Source: a virus (lineage: Duplodnaviria > Caudoviricetes). Taken from it: a DNA stretch of 53,560 nt. Numbering within the stretch: the first letter of the stretch is position 1; every line of letters begins with the position of its first letter. Positions 9,161 through 17,625 of the stretch are shown piece by piece. The stretch covers positions 1 to 53,560 of IMG/VR virus record IMGVR_UViG_3300033182_000038, one strand, 5' to 3'. Under the pieces are notes generated by a model that was not told the DNA's origin, ran no database searches, and worked only from the letters and a program-made list of their open reading frames with translations. A program made the position numbers and the translations under genes.

Positions 9161-9199
9161 GGGGTGTTTCGTATTTGTAGATGCTAGTCATGTAAGGTT

Positions 9200-9570
9200 A
9201 CATGTAGCACTATCTAGTAGGGGGCGGCAACTATCTGATAATTGTTTAGGGTAGGTAGGTAAAGTTAGATAGTCAAGTGCTAATAAAATCAAGGGGTTGG
9301 GAGGTACTATCTAAACTATCTAGGAATTTTTGGGTAATGTGGTACTAAAAAGAAAGTCCGCGACCTTACATTGTTGCGAAATATATTTTGTGAACAAAGG
9401 GTATATGTATTTTTACTAGATAAAATAGATAAAATAGATAGTAATACTGTACAGATATAGCGAATTGGCTTGTTTATCAGACACTTATGGTGCTTTACAT
9501 GTAAGGTTTAGGTATCTAAAAAGCGGTTAAGTTTACACCACCCTGATTTAGATAGTTAGATAGTTGCGTT
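9200..9570. other. Putative replication origin: TAGATA(G) iterons, AT-rich core, two IHF-consensus sites
   Basis: About 11 CTATCTA/TAGATAG-like copies; AATCAAggggTTG at 9287 and TATCAGacacTTA at 9475; no ORF. Confidence 0.65.
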
Positions 9571-9700
9571 TGACATACCGGATTGGCCTAACTTTACAGG
9601 AACCACACTACAAAGCGCCTCTTAGTGCGTGCCATAACCCCCCGATGTATGGGATTATACTAATACAGGAGAGAAAACTAACTTGACACGGATACACAGG

Positions 9701-9727
9701 CAATAAAAAAACCCGGCTTTCGCCGGG
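9701..9727 (-). terminator. Intrinsic terminator
   Basis: CCCGGC-gaaa-GCCGGG-TTTTTTT on the minus strand. Confidence 0.85.
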
Positions 9728-9738
9728 CTGTTGGTTGG

Positions 9739-9852
9739 TTACTGTCCGAAGCTCAATACGATCACTAGCAGTGCGTACAAGATCGGTGCTACAATCACTG
9801 CGGCTACTATCGCAGTGGCCTTTTCCTTGAGTGTCAATTCTTCTTCGCTCAT
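9739..9852 (-). CDS. Small membrane peptide (37 aa, not in ORF track)
   Basis: MSEEELTLKEKATAIVAAVIVAPILYALLVIVLSFGQ; GAGGAG RBS. Confidence 0.65.
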   Translation of the reverse strand: MSEEELTLKEKATAIVAAVIVAPILYALLVIVLSFGQ

Positions 9853-9880
9853 GGAAACTCCTCTTCAGTTGTGATGGTTG

Positions 9881-9902
9881 GGAGGGGGCTTGCGCCCCCT
9901 CC
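9881..9902 (-). terminator. GC-rich GNRA hairpin
   Basis: GGAGGGGGC-gcaa-GCCCCCTCC just after the 9908 stop; T-run only on the + side, so it may terminate + strand transcripts. Confidence 0.5.
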
Positions 9903-9907
9903 TCTTT

Positions 9908-10072
9908 TTACCAGCGAGCCACTAGGACTTCGTGGCCTTGGCGCTGCAACTTCTCCGCGAAGTTGGTTGCAGCATTTGCTCGACAGAACCAGCGCATGTA
10001 CAGCATGTCATACTCGATCCAGCGAACTTCGTAGCGGCGCGTCTCCGCCTTGCGCGTCTTGCGATCTTTCAT
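9908..10072 (-). CDS. Small basic protein (54 aa, not in ORF track)
   Basis: MKDRKTRKAETRRYEVRWIEYDMLYMRWFCR...VARW; GGAGG RBS. Confidence 0.7.
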   Translation of the reverse strand: MKDRKTRKAETRRYEVRWIEYDMLYMRWFCRANAATNFAEKLQRQGHEVLVARW

Positions 10073-10104
10073 AGTTTCCTCCAGATTCGCGTTGGGTTTG
10101 GATC

Positions 10105-10124
10105 GGCGGGGCTTTCGCCCCGCC
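10105..10124 (-). terminator. GC-rich GNRA hairpin
   Basis: GGCGGGGC-gaaa-GCCCCGCC after the 10132 stop; no U-tract. Confidence 0.45.
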
Positions 10125-10131
10125 TCTCCGG

Positions 10132-10482
10132 TTAGATCAGAGTGTATTTACCCTGACTTGCCTTGGGCTTCGGCTCGCCGATGGTGAGCTTCAGCTTGGG
10201 CTGTGGGAAGGGTCGCTTGACCAGAACCAGCTCGATTGAGCTTGCCTTGTCTTTGAACCCTTGGACTTGCTTGGAAGTCCAAGCCTTGCCAGCAGGATAT
10301 TTGACATCCGTGCCGTCGATCCAGAGCGAGTAAGTCGAAACCTTGAACCCTGATTCGATGATAGCGTCGAGGAATTCCTCAGCGTTATCAGCAGTCCAAC
10401 GACCGTTGGCATTAGGTGCAACCTTGCCAACCCCAGTGGTTGCGTCCACCTTGAACGCGACCTTACCTTCATATGTAGTCAT
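10132..10482 (-). CDS. Early protein, paralogue B
   Basis: GGAG RBS; first gene of the leftward arm; similar to 8699..9064. Confidence 0.85.
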   Translation of the reverse strand: MTTYEGKVAFKVDATTGVGKVAPNANGRWTADNAEEFLDAIIESGFKVSTYSLWIDGTDVKYPAGKAWTSKQVQGFKDKASSIELVLVKRPFPQPKLKLTIGEPKPKASQGKYTLI

Positions 10483-10547
10483 AAGACTATCTCCAGTGAA
10501 GTTAAAGAACGAACCCTTGCGGGTTACTGGCTGCTCTCAACCAGTGA

Positions 10548-10585
10548 TTCCAGACTGCAACATACTCGGGAATTTGTAAAGTTTG
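10548..10585 (-). promoter_or_regulatory. Leftward sigma70-like promoter P2
   Basis: caaac TTTACA-N17-CAGTCT ggaa. Confidence 0.65.
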
Positions 10586-10730
10586 CCCAGTTTGCAGGGC
10601 TTTTCTGGGTGCTATCAGGGCGCAAGCGAGCGCGTCCCGCGAGCGTAGAGAGAGGGGCACATGGACACGGCTACGACCCCCCGCCCCCATATAAGTAAAC
10701 CGCTCATAACAAGACCCAAAAAATAGAACG

Positions 10731-10753
10731 TGTAAAGTTAGCTCACCTTTACA
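10731..10753. promoter_or_regulatory. Operator-like inverted repeat
   Basis: TGTAAAG-N9-CTTTACA between the divergent arms. Confidence 0.5.
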
Positions 10754-10792
10754 ATTAGAGCCGCCTAGCTTGACAATTAAAATCCTGATTCC

Positions 10793-10822
10793 TTGACAGC
10801 CCCGTAAGTTAGAGACTACATT
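10793..10822 (+). promoter_or_regulatory. Rightward sigma70-like promoter
   Basis: TTGACA-N18-TACATT, ending 6 nt before the ATG at 10829. Confidence 0.55.
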
Positions 10823-10828
10823 CGGAGC

Positions 10829-11332
10829 ATGGACACACTACCGTTGAAACACACTAAGTGGTCGGATCGCTTAGCGTTCGACATGGCACTACTTCTTGAG
10901 GGAAGTGGTGAAACACTCGATGAGGTTAAGGCGAGGCATCACATCTCTGCCTCGGATCTGATCGTCTTCAACAAAGACCCTGTTTTTCTGAAGAAGGTCG
11001 AGTTCTATCGGGACGAAGTCCGCGATAAGGGCATGACGTTTAAGCTCAAAGCTAGAGCACAGGCGGAAGAACTCCTGACAACAAGCTGGACTTTGATTCA
11101 CAGTCCGGACGTATCGCCAGCAGTGAAGGCCGACCTGATTAAGTCGACAGTGAAGTGGGGCGGTCTTGAGCCTAAGAACGAAGTTACAGCGGAGGGTTCC
11201 GGTGGCGGAGTCAAAATCACAATCAACCTCGGTGGACAACAGCACCAAGCAACCATTGACGCTGAAGAGTACACAGACGTTACGCCAGAGCCGGACGAAC
11301 CGGAAGCCCTTGCCTACGCATCAGGAACTTGA
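10829..11332 (+). CDS. Probable terminase small subunit
   Basis: First late gene, upstream of TerL; helical, with a C-terminal GVKITINLG strand. Confidence 0.65.
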   Translation: MDTLPLKHTKWSDRLAFDMALLLEGSGETLDEVKARHHISASDLIVFNKDPVFLKKVEFYRDEVRDKGMTFKLKARAQAEELLTTSWTLIHSPDVSPAVKADLIKSTVKWGGLEPKNEVTAEGSGGGVKITINLGGQQHQATIDAEEYTDVTPEPDEPEALAYASGT

Positions 11333-11684
11333 CGAGCGCTTTGACGGGTTCCCTGCGCTTCGGTTTGACTCGCTAGTTGACTATGAGAACTGGTGTGACA
11401 GACTGACGAACATTGGGACTTCGTTCAAAACGCGTATAGTTAAGAAACGCAAAAAGCGGACTCAGTATCTTATCCTGCTGGTAGGAGGAGCTATGATTGA
11501 CGACGATGGCGATGATGTGTGCCCACACTGCGGTGCGGTGCTGATTGATTTCAACTGGTGCAAGCATTGCGGCGACATCGAGCAGCTTGACGAGTACAAA
11601 GAGCGCGACGAGATTAGAGAGTTAGACTTTGAGGACGATGCTTGCGTATACAGCGGGCTGAATGTGAATGGCGCTGAATATTAA
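11310..11684 (+). CDS. Hypothetical protein with C-terminal zinc ribbon (strong internal start at 11493)
   Basis: CPHC..WCKHC; AGGAGGAG precedes the ATG at 11493. The upstream start (TTG 11310) is uncertain. Confidence 0.55.
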   Translation: MPTHQELDERFDGFPALRFDSLVDYENWCDRLTNIGTSFKTRIVKKRKKRTQYLILLVGGAMIDDDGDDVCPHCGAVLIDFNWCKHCGDIEQLDEYKERDEIRELDFEDDACVYSGLNVNGAEY

Positions 11685-13053
11685 CTATACACCTCCTCCT
11701 ACGGGGGAGAAGTTCATGATGTCAGACGCGAAGATGCGCGTACTGATGGGGCCGGTTGGTTCTGGTAAGTCTGTAACGTCCAGCTTTGAGATAGTGCGGC
11801 GGGCGTCCATGCAGGAACCGAACGAACAGGGCGTGCGCAAGACCCGTGCGGCCATTGTGCGTGAGACCGCCCGCCAGCTCCAAGATACTACGATTAAAAC
11901 GTTTCTGGATTGGTTCCCGCCCGGACAGTGCGGGGACTACATGCGTACGACCAAGACCTACTTCTTCAAGGTGGGCGACATCGAGTGCGAGATTATGTTC
12001 CGTGCGCTGGACGACGCGGACGACGTGGCCAACTTGAACTCACTAGAACTTACATTCGCTTGGTTTAACGAGTGTCGTGACATCCACCCTGACATTGTCG
12101 ATGCGATGTCTAAGCGTATCGGGCGTTTTCCTTCGGCGAAGGACGGCGGGCCAACGTGGTTTGGTATGTGGGGTGACACCAACCCCCCGACTATGGACAC
12201 ATGGTGGTACTACCAGATGGAGCACCTTGATCCTAAGGACGGGGTGTCGCCTAACGATAACGGGTGGGATGTGTACAAGCAGCCGTCCGGTCGGACGCAG
12301 TTCGCTGAGAATATCGAGAACCTGCCTGAAGGGTACTACGACACGCAGGGTCGCTCGGAAGAATACATCAGAGTTTACATTGATGGTGACTACGGACTGA
12401 GTTCCGCAGGCCAGCCGGTTTACAAATACTTTAGACCGGACTACCACATGGCGACCGAGAAGCTGCGCCCCATCGTTAACGGGGTGCGCCCGGTGGTTAT
12501 TGGTATGGACTTGGGCCTCACCCCTGCGGCTGTAATCGGGCAACAGGATGCGCGGGGGCGAGTGCTCATACTTGACGAGGCTGTTAGCTTTGACATGGGC
12601 ATACAACGTTTCGTGCGTACAGTTTTGAAACCGCTGATCTACGAGCGCTTTACTGGTGCGCCGGTGGTTATCATCACTGACCCGGCGGGTATCCAGAGAG
12701 CACAGACTGATGAACGTTCCGCCGTAGACATTATCAAGGCTGAGGGTTTCCGTGTGTTTCCCGCAAAGACCAACAATGTTTCCGCTCGCCTGTCTGCGGT
12801 GGACGACTTCCTTATGCGCCAAGTTGATGGTGACTCAGCGTTCTTAGTTGACCCACGTTGCACGCACCTTAAAGCAGCGATGATGGGTGGCTACCGCTTC
12901 CATCATAAGAACGGCAACATCGAGAAGAACAACCACTCGCACGTTGCTGAAGCGCTCCAGTATTTGATGTTGCACATCTCAACAGCGGGTGAAGGGACTA
13001 TAATTCCTCAGAGGCGTGACATCGTAAGGGTTGCAGCCGGAGGCTGGACTTGA
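11668..13053 (+). CDS. terL: Terminase large subunit
   Basis: GPVGSGKS Walker A, AWFNE Walker B variant, DTNPP, nuclease GMDLG, SHVAEALQY. Confidence 0.95.
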   Translation: MALNINYTPPPTGEKFMMSDAKMRVLMGPVGSGKSVTSSFEIVRRASMQEPNEQGVRKTRAAIVRETARQLQDTTIKTFLDWFPPGQCGDYMRTTKTYFFKVGDIECEIMFRALDDADDVANLNSLELTFAWFNECRDIHPDIVDAMSKRIGRFPSAKDGGPTWFGMWGDTNPPTMDTWWYYQMEHLDPKDGVSPNDNGWDVYKQPSGRTQFAENIENLPEGYYDTQGRSEEYIRVYIDGDYGLSSAGQPVYKYFRPDYHMATEKLRPIVNGVRPVVIGMDLGLTPAAVIGQQDARGRVLILDEAVSFDMGIQRFVRTVLKPLIYERFTGAPVVIITDPAGIQRAQTDERSAVDIIKAEGFRVFPAKTNNVSARLSAVDDFLMRQVDGDSAFLVDPRCTHLKAAMMGGYRFHHKNGNIEKNNHSHVAEALQYLMLHISTAGEGTIIPQRRDIVRVAAGGWT

Positions 13054-13101
13054 TAATGTCTGCTTGTCATCTCGGTACGCTTTCACAAATACCGGACGTT
13101 A

Positions 13102-13140
13102 CCCCCCGTCGATTAGCCCCCGGCGGGGGGTTTCTTTTTT
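13102..13140 (+). terminator. Intrinsic terminator
   Basis: CCCCCCGTCG/CGGCGGGGGG stem followed by TTTCTTTTTT. Confidence 0.8.
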
Positions 13141-13144
13141 GCTA

Positions 13145-13174
13145 TTGCGTGTATACTTGTTGGCGTGTATAAAT
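13145..13174 (+). promoter_or_regulatory. Sigma70-like promoter for head genes
   Basis: TTGCGT-N17-TATAAA(T), directly after the terminator. Confidence 0.55.
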
Positions 13175-13203
13175 TAGCCTAGGTAAATGTAACGGAGCCT
13201 GCC

Positions 13204-13380
13204 ATGCACAGTAAGCCTTACACGATCTACTCGAACAATCCGAAAATGGACACGAGTGGTCTTGCAAAAAAGCCGAAAGAGTACAAAGCTGGCGGTGTCG
13301 TATACTCTGACAAGAATGACGACAAGACGAAGGTTCCTATGGATGAGATGCCATACCTTGAGAAAGAGGGCAAACTCTGA
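13204..13380 (+). CDS. Small protein (58 aa, not in ORF track) with YKAGGVV motif
   Basis: MHSKPYTIYSNNPKMDTSGLAKKPKEYKAGGVVYSDK...; GGAG RBS; TGATG coupling to the portal gene. Confidence 0.75.
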   Translation: MHSKPYTIYSNNPKMDTSGLAKKPKEYKAGGVVYSDKNDDKTKVPMDEMPYLEKEGKL

Positions 13381-15413
13381 TGCTTCAAGTAATCAGCAAC
13401 GACGATCTGCGTAGACAAGAGCGCGAGCTTGTCGATAAAGAACTCGCTGCCCGTCAGAACCAGTCTGTGGTTCTGGGACTGTCTTCGTATCTACGCGAGT
13501 GCTGGGATGCTGCGAAGCAAGCAAAGAAACCTATCGAATATGTAATGCTTCGTGCGATGCGCCAGCGCAACGGCGAGTACGAGGCTGACAAACTTAAAGC
13601 TATTAAGTCGCAGGGCGGCTCTGAAATCTACATGATGATTACAGAGGTAAAGTGTCGTGCGGCTGAGAGCTGGCTGCGTGATATTTTGCTGGACACCGGC
13701 GCTCCCCCGTGGGATTTGCAGCCTACCCCTATCCCTGATATGTCGCCTGAGCAGACCAAGGAAATCCAAGATGCGTTTGCCCAGCAGGTAATTCGTATCG
13801 TTGAGGAAGTAGGTAAGGCTCCTAGCCCTGATGAAATGGCGGAACTCAAAGAGATGGTCGGCCAAGACTATCGCTTTAAGGTTTTGCAGTCTGCGCAGAA
13901 TCGTGCGGACAAGATGAAGTTGAAGATCAGCGACCAGTTTGCTCAAGGCGGCTGGGGTGAAGCGTTCAACGACTTCGTTACTGACTTGGTTACATATCCT
14001 GCTGCGTTCGTGAAAGGGCCGATTGTCCGTCGCCAGCGTAAGCTAGGCTGGGCAAAGGGCGCTGATGGAAAGACCATTGTTGAAGCGGATGAAATTATTG
14101 CTCCTGAATATGAGCGAGTGGATCCCTTCCGTATCTACCCTGAACCGGGTATTTCTAACCTTAATGCTGGGTATATCTTTGAGCATCATCCTCTTAGTCG
14201 TAGTGAGCTTGCTGATCTTATCGGCGTTCCGGGATACGACGATGATGCTATTCGCAAAGTTCTGGAGATCGGTAACGGGCAGAGCTGGATCAGCGAAGAC
14301 GTTGAGTTCGAGAAAGACGAGCAGGAACGTAAGTTCCACACCCAGTCGCGCCCGACCGAAGTTTTTGACGCGCTAGAGTTCTGGGGTAAGGTCAGCGGAA
14401 AGATGCTGATCGAGTGGGGTTTGACTGAAGACGATGTCGAAGACCCTGCCCGTGAATACGACGCTAACGTATGGATCGTGGGTAACTACGTTATTAAAGC
14501 GGTTCTTAACTACGACCCGCTAGGTGAGAAACCATATGCTAAAACATCTATGTTCAAAGTGCCCGGAGCTTTCTGGGGAAAAGGTATTCCAGAAATTATC
14601 GAAGACATACAGAACGTATGTAACGCTGCTGCGCGTGCGCTGGTTAACAACATGGGCATCGCTTCTGGCCCTCAAGTCGAGGTTAACCTTGAGCGTATCC
14701 CGCCGAATGAAGACATTACTCAGCTCCACCCGTGGAAGATTTGGCAAGTAACGAACGATCCGTTTGGTTCTAGCTCACCTGCGGTGCGCTTCACTCAGCC
14801 AGACGACAACGCTACTACCCTGCTGGGTGTCTACGAGAAATTTGCCAAGTTGGCTGATGACCATTCCGGTATCCCGTCTTATGTGTCGGGCGACATTAGC
14901 GTAGGCGGAGCAGGGCGCACAGCGTCTGGCCTGTCGATGCTGATGGGTTCTGCTGGTAAAGGGATCCGCCAAGTTGTTATGCACATCGATGCTGATGTGA
15001 TTAAGCCCATCGTCCAGCGCCAGTTTGTTTACAACATGCGCTACGACGAGGACGAATCGATTAAGGGTGACGTTGAGATCATGCCACGCGGTGCGGTCAA
15101 CCTCGCGGTTAAAGAGACCGTCAACGTACGCCGACTCGAATTCCTTAACGCAACCGCCAACGAGATCGATATGGAACTCATTGGTAAGGATGGCCGTGCA
15201 GCGATTCTTCGTGAAGTGGCTAAAGGTTTGCAGATGCCTGTGGATGACATCGTTCCGTCTCGGGAGAAAGAAGGGTTCACGGCGAGGATGGCTGTTCGAG
15301 CACAAGCTGCTCAGCAACAGTCTGCTCCGACGCCTACACAACCTGACGGTTCCCCCAAAGGTGGAATGGAAGGCAACACAGTGAGTAACCGTGTGACAGG
15401 GGGCGCAGGATGA
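13380..15413 (+). CDS. Portal protein (podovirus-type)
   Basis: 677 aa after TerL; FWGKGIPE, GRTASGLSMLM motifs. Confidence 0.9.
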   Translation: MLQVISNDDLRRQERELVDKELAARQNQSVVLGLSSYLRECWDAAKQAKKPIEYVMLRAMRQRNGEYEADKLKAIKSQGGSEIYMMITEVKCRAAESWLRDILLDTGAPPWDLQPTPIPDMSPEQTKEIQDAFAQQVIRIVEEVGKAPSPDEMAELKEMVGQDYRFKVLQSAQNRADKMKLKISDQFAQGGWGEAFNDFVTDLVTYPAAFVKGPIVRRQRKLGWAKGADGKTIVEADEIIAPEYERVDPFRIYPEPGISNLNAGYIFEHHPLSRSELADLIGVPGYDDDAIRKVLEIGNGQSWISEDVEFEKDEQERKFHTQSRPTEVFDALEFWGKVSGKMLIEWGLTEDDVEDPAREYDANVWIVGNYVIKAVLNYDPLGEKPYAKTSMFKVPGAFWGKGIPEIIEDIQNVCNAAARALVNNMGIASGPQVEVNLERIPPNEDITQLHPWKIWQVTNDPFGSSSPAVRFTQPDDNATTLLGVYEKFAKLADDHSGIPSYVSGDISVGGAGRTASGLSMLMGSAGKGIRQVVMHIDADVIKPIVQRQFVYNMRYDEDESIKGDVEIMPRGAVNLAVKETVNVRRLEFLNATANEIDMELIGKDGRAAILREVAKGLQMPVDDIVPSREKEGFTARMAVRAQAAQQQSAPTPTQPDGSPKGGMEGNTVSNRVTGGAG

Positions 15414-15628
15414 TTCGTCCTGACGCTGAGGTTATTCAGGCTTTCGGCGCTGCCGTACGCCAGTACCCCGTGTTAGCGGAGTGGCTGGCTCAATGGCGAC
15501 AGCATGAGCTGGAGCAGTTACCCAACGTCACACAGAATCCGGCACTTGCGCAGGGGCGGTGTCAGGTTCTGGGCGAGCTTTCTAAGTTCGTCGCTGAGTC
15601 CCCTGAGTTAGCGGCAAAGTCTAAATGA
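15410..15628 (+). CDS. Small protein between portal and scaffold
   Basis: ATGA overlap; AQGR motif. Confidence 0.8.
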   Translation: MIRPDAEVIQAFGAAVRQYPVLAEWLAQWRQHELEQLPNVTQNPALAQGRCQVLGELSKFVAESPELAAKSK

Positions 15629-15669
15629 CAGCCTCTATTTAATTACGCACACCGATAGGAGCGTTCAAC

Positions 15670-16683
15670 ATGGCAATACCAGAGCAAGTTCGTAAACAGT
15701 CTGAGGCTGTACAGCAACTTTACAAAGAGTTAAATGGCGAGATTCAGGAATCAGAGGGCGTGACCGCCGCTGCTGAGGATGACTCACATGACGATGTAGA
15801 GCGTGCTGAAGCCGACAGTGGGGACGAAGGCGCGACTCCGTCTGCACCCGAGGAGCAAGGGAACGCAGGCACTCAAGACGGTAAGACAATAGAGCAGAAG
15901 TACAAAACGCTTCAGGGCATGTACAACGCAGAAGTACCGAGGCTCCATGCGGAGCGTCGTGAACTTGCAGCGCGTGTAAGCCAGCTAGAGCAGCTTCTTG
16001 GCAGCTTGTCTAATCAATCAGCTAAGCAGATAGCGGAAACGCCGACTGACAAACTGGTTACAGACAAAGATGTTGAGGAGTACGGCGAATCGATTGACGT
16101 TATGCGTCGCGTTAGCCGTGAAGAAGCTAGTGCCGCACAGAAGCGCATTGCGCAACTAGAAGGTATGGTTCGTCAGTTGCAGGCCAGCGTAGTTCCTAAA
16201 GTGGAACAGATTTCGCAGAGGCAAGCACAAAATAACGAACAGGCGTTCTGGACTGAACTCTCTAATGCAGTGCCACATTGGCAGGACACTAACGACAGTG
16301 AAAGATTCCAATCTTGGCTGTTGGAAGTTGACCCGCTGACTGGCATTAGTCGTCAGACATACCTAGAGGACGCACAGCGTAACCTCGACGTACGTCGCGT
16401 GGCGAGCTTCTTTAAGGCTTGGGATGAGTTGAATGGTAAGTCAGTTGCTCAAACCAATCGGAAGGCTTCTGCCTCCCAGTTGGAGCGCCAAGTAGCACCG
16501 GGCCGTGGGCGGTCAGGTGGGAACAGCACTGCAACAGACTCTAAGACGTACACGCCGGACGACATTAAGGGCTTCTTTAATGACGTGCGTATGGGTCGTT
16601 ACAAGGGTAGGGAACAGGAGCGTGGCCGAATCGAACGCGACATCTTCGCTGCACAGCGAGAAGGTCGCATAGTCACTGCTTAA
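15670..16683 (+). CDS. Capsid scaffolding protein
   Basis: Acidic coiled coil, YKTLQGMY, ends AQREGRI; precedes the capsid gene. Confidence 0.8.
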   Translation: MAIPEQVRKQSEAVQQLYKELNGEIQESEGVTAAAEDDSHDDVERAEADSGDEGATPSAPEEQGNAGTQDGKTIEQKYKTLQGMYNAEVPRLHAERRELAARVSQLEQLLGSLSNQSAKQIAETPTDKLVTDKDVEEYGESIDVMRRVSREEASAAQKRIAQLEGMVRQLQASVVPKVEQISQRQAQNNEQAFWTELSNAVPHWQDTNDSERFQSWLLEVDPLTGISRQTYLEDAQRNLDVRRVASFFKAWDELNGKSVAQTNRKASASQLERQVAPGRGRSGGNSTATDSKTYTPDDIKGFFNDVRMGRYKGREQERGRIERDIFAAQREGRIVTA

Positions 16684-16700
16684 TTTAAGGAGCACATATC

Positions 16701-17606
16701 ATGGCTTTCGCAGTTTCCTCAGGCCGCCCAAGTTACAGCGGCAACTTCATCCCGGAAATCTGGTCGGGCAAACTCATCGAGAACTTCTACGATGCGACCG
16801 TACTTTCGGCTATCTCTAACACCGACTATGAAGGTGAGATTCGTCAGATGGGTGACACGGTTAACATCCGTACCACTCCGGAACTGACCATCAAAACCTA
16901 CGTTAAGGGCCAGACTCTGTCTGTTGAAAACCCTGACAAGGCGAAACTCCAGTTGGTCATCGACAAGGGCGAGTACTTCGCTGCTGTTGAAGACGACGTG
17001 GATCAGGTTCAGACCGACATCAACCTGATGGATACTTGGACTAAGGACGCTTCTGAGCGTATGAAGATCAAGATCGATCAGCGCGTGTTGACTGACGTTC
17101 TTCCGGACGTTTCGTCTGCAAACAAGGGTGCGACCGCTGGCCGTATCTCTGCTGACATCAACCTCGGCGTAACTGGTACTCCAGTTGCAGTTACCTCTAG
17201 CAACGTTATCGATCTGATCGTTAACATGGGTACTGTTCTGGACGAAGCTAATGCTCCTGAGTCTGATCGTTTCTTGGTTATCCCGGCTAAGATGGCTGGC
17301 TACATCAAGCGTTCTGATCTGAAGGACGCATCGATCACTGGTGACAACACCTCTCCAATGCGCAATGGCCGCATCGGTATGATCGACCGCTTCACCATTT
17401 ACATGTCTCACAACCTGAACAAGTCAGGCTCTGAGTTCAGCATCCTTGGTGGCCACAAGATGGGCTTCACTTTCGCATCTCAGATGACGAACATGGAAAC
17501 CATCCGTTCTGAAACTACCTTCGGTAACATCGTTCGTGGTCTTCAGGTTTACGGCTACAAGGTTGTTAAGCCGGAAGCTTTGGCTACCGCTATCATCACC
17601 CTTTAA
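16701..17606 (+). CDS. Major capsid protein
   Basis: FIPEIWSGKL, NTDYEGEI..GDTVNI, VRGLQVYGYKV; strong codon bias. Confidence 0.93.
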   Translation: MAFAVSSGRPSYSGNFIPEIWSGKLIENFYDATVLSAISNTDYEGEIRQMGDTVNIRTTPELTIKTYVKGQTLSVENPDKAKLQLVIDKGEYFAAVEDDVDQVQTDINLMDTWTKDASERMKIKIDQRVLTDVLPDVSSANKGATAGRISADINLGVTGTPVAVTSSNVIDLIVNMGTVLDEANAPESDRFLVIPAKMAGYIKRSDLKDASITGDNTSPMRNGRIGMIDRFTIYMSHNLNKSGSEFSILGGHKMGFTFASQMTNMETIRSETTFGNIVRGLQVYGYKVVKPEALATAIITL

Positions 17607-17625
17607 GTCATAGGAGGAATTTGAC

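Noticed and set aside
9200-9570. CRISPR mini-array
   Set aside because: Repeats are only 6-9 bp, in mixed orientation, with no regular spacers.
12043-12822. Long antisense ORFs (also 14775, 16719, 20762, 35218, 48894)
   Set aside because: They mirror strongly biased sense genes and have no RBS or protein-like motifs.
17598-17625. CTT-TAA at the end of the capsid gene as a programmed frameshift into the decoration gene
   Set aside because: The +1 frame hits TAG after two codons, readthrough hits TGA, and the -1 frame is not the frame of 17626.
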